Origin: Nitrospirota bacterium
GTDB lineage: Bacteria; Nitrospirota; Thermodesulfovibrionia; Thermodesulfovibrionales; Dissulfurispiraceae
Length of the DNA stretch: 25,916 nt
Reading direction: 5' to 3'
Assembly (NCBI GenBank): GCA_040754455.1
Contig: JBFMCP010000039.1
Span: forward strand, 1 to 25,916
The notes beneath the pieces were generated by a model that saw nothing but the letters and a program-made list of their open reading frames with translations, had not been told where the DNA came from and ran no database searches. Shown piece after piece: positions 7,892 through 14,470 of this stretch. Position numbers and translations under genes: made by a program. Within the stretch, counting starts at the first letter, position 1; the number at the start of each line of letters is the position of its first letter.

Positions 7892-9199
7892 CTATTTCCT
7901 CCATACCCCCGCCCCCGGCTCGTAGCTGCAGAGCCAATGATGGGCATCTAGAGAACCCTTCCATTCAATGGTTCGAACCAGGCAGGCCCGACATCCGAGC
8001 CTGAATTCACAGGCCGAGCATGATGTGATGTCGTTTCGCGCTGTCGCAGCAAAACGATCGAAGAAACCTTGTCCGAGAATGGTAGCGAGGCTCTCCTCGG
8101 CAAGGCTAGCGACAGCGATCTTCCATCCCGGACAAGGTTTGACAGCGCCATCGGCGCCAATAAAGAGTGCGTTATAAAAACAGTGATGGCGCTGGCTGTT
8201 GATCATGAATTGCCTGAGATCCACGGCCATATCAGCAGGTCCCTGCGGGGCGACAACATTCCTGATATGCTCCGGGGTATGCTTTCCGGGAAGGCCGTAG
8301 ACAAGAAATTTAATCCCTACAGCCCCGTGGGATACAGCAAAATCCGCTGTGGCAATTGCCGCCTCTTCGCGACCGATCCGGGCAGGTATTTTTGCGGTAA
8401 ATGCCACGCCCCGGGAAGCAAAACGGCTGACTGCATTGAGCAGGGAATTATAGCCGGACGGGTGCCGTACTGCACGATTGAAGGCCCGCGTATTCGAGGC
8501 GGCAAAAGGCATGGCGATGCGCACATCAAAAGAGCAGAGGCGCTCTATCATTTCGCAATCGATTACTCCGGTCGTGTGCAGTTCGCTCTTCATTCCGAGA
8601 CGAGCGGCAAGCTCGAGGAGCTGCCAGAGCCTGTCCGCCTCTCTGAAAGGCTCACCGCCAGCAATAACCAGACGGTCAAAGCCGAGAGACCGGAGCAACT
8701 CGACACTCCGGACAATCCGCTCCATGGGGAGCATGGATATCTCTGTGTCGGTCTTCGGCGACACAAAACAGCCGCAGGGCTCGGCAGCAAGCGCACCTTT
8801 GGAAGCACACCATTCGCAATCATAAAGGCACTCCCTGGCAAGCTCGATCGTGACACTGCCCCCCTGGAAGTTAAATCCCTCTTTCTTGATCTGTGCATCG
8901 AGTGCCCAGGGCCGGTAGCCTTCTGTAGCAAAGGGATACGGCGCATACCGTCCGACATGCAGGCTGATCAATGCATCGATATACTGCCTGAGCTCATCAT
9001 ATCGAAGGTGGCTTCGCTCTGCCGCCTCCTCAATCGATCTTCCTTTAGCCAGGAGCGCCAGCGCTTCGGATATCTCCTGCCTGTTAAACCAGTAGAGCTT
9101 GCCGTCGAAAAGGTCGTGAACAACGGAACCATGCACGCCGCGGACAAACTGCGTATGCGGCAGAAACACAAAGTAATTATTGTTATCGGAATGGATCAT
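7892..9199 (-). CDS. Radical SAM/SPASM-domain protein 2 (putative peptide maturase or partner)
   Basis: CxxxCxxC (CLYDCEWC), AGGEP, SPASM C...IGADGAVKPC...CSACEFRLGCRAC...C; N-terminal beta-beta-beta-helix segment resembling a RiPP recognition element; start overlaps the upstream stop (TAATG). Confidence 0.85.
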   Translation of the reverse strand: MIHSDNNNYFVFLPHTQFVRGVHGSVVHDLFDGKLYWFNRQEISEALALLAKGRSIEEAAERSHLRYDELRQYIDALISLHVGRYAPYPFATEGYRPWALDAQIKKEGFNFQGGSVTIELARECLYDCEWCASKGALAAEPCGCFVSPKTDTEISMLPMERIVRSVELLRSLGFDRLVIAGGEPFREADRLWQLLELAARLGMKSELHTTGVIDCEMIERLCSFDVRIAMPFAASNTRAFNRAVRHPSGYNSLLNAVSRFASRGVAFTAKIPARIGREEAAIATADFAVSHGAVGIKFLVYGLPGKHTPEHIRNVVAPQGPADMAVDLRQFMINSQRHHCFYNALFIGADGAVKPCPGWKIAVASLAEESLATILGQGFFDRFAATARNDITSCSACEFRLGCRACLVRTIEWKGSLDAHHWLCSYEPGAGVWRK

Positions 9200-10773
9200 T
9201 ACCTGACATCCAGAAAACGGTAGCGGTCTACCAGAGGATCGCCGAAAGAGAGCGCATCCGGTACTTCTTCGAGAAGAGAATAGAGCGTGACCAGCTTATC
9301 AAGGACGACAGCGCGGGCAAAGCGGCACTGCTCCTCGGGGAAGCGAAACCCGCCGTCACGGCCGACATGCGCAAAGCAGAGATGGCACATACCGCGCGCC
9401 CAGCAGTTATTACAGGACGGCAGGGATGCAGCGTAGCGCCGCATCACCTCGTTGCACCGCTCCACATTGACCCCCTCATGAACAGAGCCTATCGGGAACT
9501 CCTCGGATATCCGCTCGCATATGTGGAAGGCACCGTCGGTAGACACGGTCAATCTCCTGCCCGGTTGACAGGTGCCTGTATAATGGCCCTGACATCCTCC
9601 ACCGAACTTCATGATCCGGCTATAGACGCCGATGAGTGATTCCTCAACGTAGTGATAGAGAAAAGAGCCCTCGGGCACAGGGATCTTATTACGCTTGCGG
9701 GTGAAATACTCATCCAAAATGCTGCTGTGCAGCTGTTGATAGCGGCGGGAGTCAAAAGGAAAAAACTTGTGAAAATCACCGGTCGCCAGATCTCGCAGAA
9801 TGTTCACGAAGGCGATTTGCGGGGCCCTTTGCCCTGGATCATCGAAGAAGCGCAAGATCGCCTCCAGGTCGGAATTCCCGTTGATCGTCACCAATGCCCG
9901 CACCTGCTCATTGAAGTATGCTTCGTCCAGAGAGCGGAGCAATTCCAGGTTGCGCCAGACTGCATCAAAAGTCCCCTTTCCCGAAGGGAAACGGCGATAG
10001 CGGTCGTGCTCGCTCGCTGGCCCATCGAGACTGCAGTTGATGCCGATGCGATTGCTCACGAGAAAATCGGCTGCCCTTTTCGTGAGCGAGGTAAGATTGC
10101 TCGTTACTGAAAAGTGCAGCTTGAAGCGGCCATCGTTCCGCGAGCAGGCATACCGGATGACCTCTTCCAGCATGTCGCTGCAGAGCAGAGGCTCCCCTCC
10201 GTAAAAACTTATATCGAGCTTGCGGTCCGGGATCGAGCGGAAGTAATCCGTATCATTGAGAGATAAGAAGATATCGATCGCCTTCCGTGCCGTCTCCCAG
10301 GACATAAATGATTTACCGAGAGGGCTGAAGCCTTGGTAAAGACCCGAATAGATGCAGTAATCGCAGCGCAGATTGCAGTCTTTCGTGAGCACGAGGATAA
10401 GATTGCTCAACGTGCTCGGGGCAGGTGTCCACTGGAGAGGCTGTGTACAGGAGCGTTCGCGATCATCCGTTGTTCCGGAAATGCGGCCCGGACAACCGCG
10501 GTGCGATGCGCCGAAGGCGCGGGCGGTACGGCGCCACTTAAGCATATACGCGCACAACGCTGAGACGCCGTTCTCTTCAGCGACAGCAGCCCTGAGCGCA
10601 TCATCGCAGTCCTCGTAGAGCGCAGCACATTGCTCCCCGGATACCGGTTGGAACAGGGGATGGGCAGTGAGCGTAGCGGCATCAAAGAGATACTGTGCGC
10701 CTGAACGGGTGGTAAAGATCAAAAAATGAGGATGCTCAAATACCGATGCATCCTTCGCAACCGGAGAATTCAT
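9199..10773 (-). CDS. Radical SAM/SPASM peptide maturase 1 (resembles CcpM / GG-Bacteroidales-type Cys-rich peptide maturases)
   Basis: LTKDCNLRCDYCIYSG (CxxxCxxC), SFYGGEPLL, TSNLT, SLDGP..EHDRYR, SPASM GTCQPG..L.VSTDG.FHICERI...IG...CNNCWARGMCHLC...C; N-terminal RRE-like region. Confidence 0.92.
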   Translation of the reverse strand: MNSPVAKDASVFEHPHFLIFTTRSGAQYLFDAATLTAHPLFQPVSGEQCAALYEDCDDALRAAVAEENGVSALCAYMLKWRRTARAFGASHRGCPGRISGTTDDRERSCTQPLQWTPAPSTLSNLILVLTKDCNLRCDYCIYSGLYQGFSPLGKSFMSWETARKAIDIFLSLNDTDYFRSIPDRKLDISFYGGEPLLCSDMLEEVIRYACSRNDGRFKLHFSVTSNLTSLTKRAADFLVSNRIGINCSLDGPASEHDRYRRFPSGKGTFDAVWRNLELLRSLDEAYFNEQVRALVTINGNSDLEAILRFFDDPGQRAPQIAFVNILRDLATGDFHKFFPFDSRRYQQLHSSILDEYFTRKRNKIPVPEGSFLYHYVEESLIGVYSRIMKFGGGCQGHYTGTCQPGRRLTVSTDGAFHICERISEEFPIGSVHEGVNVERCNEVMRRYAASLPSCNNCWARGMCHLCFAHVGRDGGFRFPEEQCRFARAVVLDKLVTLYSLLEEVPDALSFGDPLVDRYRFLDVR

Positions 10774-10801
10774 TCCGTATGCCGGTTATCCGCAGATACG
10801 G

Positions 10802-11293
10802 TTAAAACGCTTTTGCAGCATGGCCTGCTACGGCTCCGGTCGCTCCCAGCGCAGCAGTAAGGGTTGCAGCGCAGGCGCTGCAGAGAGCGCAGGCGGTACA
10901 GGCGGTACACAAGTCGCACTCTGCGACAGGGCCGAACTTGTCGACAATCTCTGACGGAAGCGCCGAGGAAAAGCCTGAATCTTTCAGAATCTTAATATAA
11001 ATCCTATAATAATCTGCGGGCTCGGGCTCTTTTTTCGCCATCAGTGCCATAACCTCTTTCTTTAGCTTCTCTTCATTCTTGCGGATTTCCTGATAGATGG
11101 CACGATCTATGCTGTTGGCAACTGTTCCCGTTTTTGTGAGCTTAACCAGTTTTCCAAGCGTTTCCTGTGCTGCTTTTTTTGCCGCCTTTGCTTGTTCAGG
11201 GGTGCTCTTTTTGCTCCGGTAGTCCTTCCCGAAATCCTCGACAACCTTAATTTTCTTTGCAGCAGCAGCCGGCAGCTTTTTTACCACTGGCAT
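10802..11293 (-). CDS. Putative RiPP precursor: long Lys-rich leader plus six-Cys (Cxx)6 core
   Basis: Strong SD AAGGAGG; first gene of the operon with two rSAM/SPASM genes; all six Cys at residues 126,129,132,135,138,141, followed by an Ala/Gly/Thr-rich tail. Confidence 0.8.
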   Translation of the reverse strand: MPVVKKLPAAAAKKIKVVEDFGKDYRSKKSTPEQAKAAKKAAQETLGKLVKLTKTGTVANSIDRAIYQEIRKNEEKLKKEVMALMAKKEPEPADYYRIYIKILKDSGFSSALPSEIVDKFGPVAECDLCTACTACALCSACAATLTAALGATGAVAGHAAKAF

Positions 11294-11494
11294 AGGATTT
11301 TCCTCCTTATCAATTGTTATAAGGAGTATTTAGCACAAAAAGTGAGGGAAGTCAAGCTGTTGTCACTCGATCCACTATCATCTTAAGAGAGGAGTGCCGA
11401 TCGCTGATATCAATTTAATCGATCATCTTAAAGAACGATCTCTTGAGTGATGGGCAGGTCTTGTCTTTTGAAAAAGTAAGTGAGGACATTTATC

Positions 11495-12607
11495 TTACCC
11501 CCATCGCAACTCCAGCGTATTGTCGTTACGCAGAGCCACTTGCGTTCCCAGTCTGCGCCCCTCTCTGTTCAAAACTTCATTCAGCCACAGCGCTTCCTCT
11601 TCCGATGCTCGGTTCACCCTAAAGCGCCGCATCCGTGTCGGTGTCATCCGTAGACGGACAAGCTTTCCGTTCAACGGATCAACGCTGGCGAAGTACATTA
11701 AGCTCAGGTCGCCCCTGAAGAATTCATAACCGCTGATGCCCTCGTAGTCGGTCAGGAAATCGCCGCAGCCGTAGAGGATGAGCTTGTTGCTGTATACTTC
11801 GATTCCCTTCACGTGATGGGAGGAATGTCCATGAACGACGTCAATGCCGGCGCTGTCGATCAGTGCATGGGCAAACGATCCCTGCTGGCGAGGGATATCA
11901 TAGCCCCAGTTGCTGCCCCAATGGATTGAGGCAATGACGATATCTCCCGGTTGCTTCATCTGCCGGACAATATAGTCGATGTCTTTCACCCTCTCAAACG
12001 AGAGATCGGGCAGAAAGTTCACGCCCGGTCTGTCTTTTGCGGCAGCCCATGTTTCGGGAATGCCGCTCGTTTCAGAGCCGAAGGAAAATACGACGACTCT
12101 TCCCTTGCCGGCAATCTCCTTTATTGCAGACGCTTCAGCCTCCCTTATAGTACGCCCTGCTCCCGCATACTGTATCCCTGCGCGCTGCAAGGTCTCGATC
12201 GTCTCAATGAGGCCCGGATATCCCCAGTCGAGAACATGGTTGTTGGCGAGTGCGCAGATGTCGATCTTTGCTGCGGTAATGCACGGAATGTTCCCGGGAT
12301 GCATTCGGTAATTGATGCCCTTGTCGAACCAATACTCGTCGCTCTTTGTTACAGCGGTCTCCAGATTGATAATTCTTGCATCCGGCGCTAACCGCTCCAG
12401 CTCATCAAAGGCCTCGCCCCAGATATAAGGGAAATCGACCGGCTTCTGAATCGGGCCGTTCACTTGCTCTGCAAGTTGTACGTAGATCCTTGCATCCCCT
12501 ACGTAAGGCTCGTAGAGCACCGGATCGCTCGGGTGGGGCAGCACCTGGTCGATGCCCCTCCCGGTCATCACATCACCGCACATGAATATAGTGATAGGGC
12601 CGGTCAT
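11495..12607 (-). CDS. CapA-family (poly-gamma-glutamate synthesis-like) metallophosphoesterase-fold protein
   Basis: GDVMTGRGI, INLE, LANNHVLDWG, SIHWG, VHGHSSHH, YGCGDF motifs; no signal peptide. Confidence 0.9.
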   Translation of the reverse strand: MTGPITIFMCGDVMTGRGIDQVLPHPSDPVLYEPYVGDARIYVQLAEQVNGPIQKPVDFPYIWGEAFDELERLAPDARIINLETAVTKSDEYWFDKGINYRMHPGNIPCITAAKIDICALANNHVLDWGYPGLIETIETLQRAGIQYAGAGRTIREAEASAIKEIAGKGRVVVFSFGSETSGIPETWAAAKDRPGVNFLPDLSFERVKDIDYIVRQMKQPGDIVIASIHWGSNWGYDIPRQQGSFAHALIDSAGIDVVHGHSSHHVKGIEVYSNKLILYGCGDFLTDYEGISGYEFFRGDLSLMYFASVDPLNGKLVRLRMTPTRMRRFRVNRASEEEALWLNEVLNREGRRLGTQVALRNDNTLELRWG

Positions 12608-12646
12608 AGATATCCCCCAATAACTGAGACGAGAGTATATTAGGAT

Positions 12647-14386
12647 CTATATATTTGTGAAACAGGCAGTTCCATTCCCATCAGCAATCTTCCAGATAAG
12701 CTCGAAATTGCAGATGATGACTAATGGATTGCCGGTTGCATCCTTCACGATCTGTCCGTTGCCGTCGGTGGCGAGGAGCAGGTCATTGGGCTTTAGTAAC
12801 GAGCCGTCATACCCCGCATTTCTGAGATTCTCTTTCACCTTGTCCAGCATCATCCGGCATTGCGCCTCATCGATAAGGCCCCGATCAACGGCCTTGGCAA
12901 GATCGACCGGCACATGGAGCGGGCCGACCTGCTCGGCGACCCAGTGGTCGGGGCCGTTGTAGTAGCCGCGAATGGTAATATAGTTGTGGTTCTCCTGCAG
13001 AATAGGATTGCCATCAGGATCCAGGATATTCTTATGTGATTCGTATCTCCTCAGGTCCGCCGATGCCTCAACCTTGGCAGTGCCGGTCATGTAGATCGCC
13101 CTTACATAGACGCAGGGGATGCCGAGCTGATTCAGCGTATGGGCAATGGCAAATTCTTCAAACGGGCTGTTGATGCCGAATTCGCGGATCTTTGCCGGAT
13201 GCTCCTCCTCGCTCTCCCCCGGCAGCTCGCCGACTCTCGAGGTCTCCCAGACGAGATGAATGTTATCCTTAGTGATGGTGTAGAAGACCTCCTTGTTTTC
13301 AGACAATCTGATGGAAGGGGTTTTCCTCCACCGCTCAGGAAGGAAGTAATCGAAGAGCCGTGCATTCTTGCCCACCACCCACAGATGCCCGCCGGTGCTT
13401 TCCGCATGACCGTAAATGTAGGGTACGCCGAAGATCTCCATGCTCGACAGATGGGGGGGCAGCGGCGTCGGAATAAAACGATCCCGCTGATCATCCAGAT
13501 AGGAATGGCGTCTGCAGCTCTTGACCTGCTCTTCGTGATCGGCGGTGCGGAGCAGGAGTTCATAATCGACGATTGAATATTTACCTGTGTTTATTACCTG
13601 ATACAAATGATCAATCTGATCCTTTGAGGGGTCGATTACGGGCATCTTTCCGATATCTTCAACGCGCTTTGCATCATCCTCACTGATAATGATATGCTCC
13701 GGCTTCATATCCGCCACCAGATATCCCTTTTTATCGAGATCGGCCATGACATGGCGATTGAGTTTTGACAGATGCAGGGTGCGTTCATCATCGTTGATAT
13801 CGATATGCCCGAAGACTTCCTTGAGATTATGCCCTTCGATCCATTCATAAATCATCTTGTACTGTTTGAGGATGTCGAGATCGATGCCGGGATGTTTTGC
13901 GTGAATACGGTTGATTCGGGCCTTCGATCTTCCGCTCTGCCATGGCTGCATCCTTTCGGGCGGCACATAGATTGCCAGGGGGCGCTGCGTATTTATTTTC
14001 AGCTCCCGCGGGCCGAGCCGGTTCTCCCGCATCTCCATAACCAGAGAGAACTCCTCCCAGGGGCTGTTGAATTCGGCATCGCAGAATTCCTGCAGCGTGT
14101 GGGTGTTGAGCGGAACGTCTTCGCCGACACGGCAGTTCTTGACAACAAGATCGAGGCTCTTGCCGTACACCTCCTTTGTCGGCAGCCGGTAGACGGAGCC
14201 GGTGCCCTCGAGCCTTACTTTGTGTCTGTTGAACCATTCTGCTTCATACCAGTTATTCGTTTCGAGATGCTCTTGGTACTTCTCGGCAAACCGGGTGAGA
14301 TAGAGATCACCGCCGTCGAGAGTTTTAAAGTGGGCATAGACGACCCCCAAGACATTGACGAGCGTTTTTCTGGAGGTTTTATGCAT
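12647..14386 (-). CDS. Hypothetical protein made of two tandem protein-kinase-like repeats (intact N-terminal, degenerate C-terminal)
   Basis: Repeat 1: EGTGSVY, LVVK, NSPWEEF, ADMKPEHIII, IVDYE. Repeat 2: LVWE, NSPFEEF, SLLKPNDLLL, ICNFE. Confidence 0.7.
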   Translation of the reverse strand: MHKTSRKTLVNVLGVVYAHFKTLDGGDLYLTRFAEKYQEHLETNNWYEAEWFNRHKVRLEGTGSVYRLPTKEVYGKSLDLVVKNCRVGEDVPLNTHTLQEFCDAEFNSPWEEFSLVMEMRENRLGPRELKINTQRPLAIYVPPERMQPWQSGRSKARINRIHAKHPGIDLDILKQYKMIYEWIEGHNLKEVFGHIDINDDERTLHLSKLNRHVMADLDKKGYLVADMKPEHIIISEDDAKRVEDIGKMPVIDPSKDQIDHLYQVINTGKYSIVDYELLLRTADHEEQVKSCRRHSYLDDQRDRFIPTPLPPHLSSMEIFGVPYIYGHAESTGGHLWVVGKNARLFDYFLPERWRKTPSIRLSENKEVFYTITKDNIHLVWETSRVGELPGESEEEHPAKIREFGINSPFEEFAIAHTLNQLGIPCVYVRAIYMTGTAKVEASADLRRYESHKNILDPDGNPILQENHNYITIRGYYNGPDHWVAEQVGPLHVPVDLAKAVDRGLIDEAQCRMMLDKVKENLRNAGYDGSLLKPNDLLLATDGNGQIVKDATGNPLVIICNFELIWKIADGNGTACFTNI

Positions 14387-14470
14387 AGGACATTCCCATT
14401 ACGATCCTTATACCTTATCCCCTCTTTAGAAAAGGGGGTTGTGAAAGGACTTTACTATATTATCCCAGCA

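Noticed and set aside
8069..9223. 384-aa plus-strand ORF
   Set aside because: Antisense shadow of the radical SAM/SPASM gene.
10871..10918. CxxCxxC run read as a ferredoxin or cytochrome c motif
   Set aside because: There is no CxxCxxCxxxCP or CxxCH; the uninterrupted (Cxx)6 and the rSAM/SPASM context fit a modified peptide better, although metal binding is not excluded.
11495..12607. Poly-gamma-glutamate capsule locus
   Set aside because: Only a CapA-family gene is present; no capB/capC homologues are in the window.
14420..14438. CCCTCTTT-AGA-AAAGGGGG hairpin after pckG as a terminator
   Set aside because: Short stem with a 3-nt loop and no U tract on the coding strand; it may be a REP-like remnant but is too weak to call.
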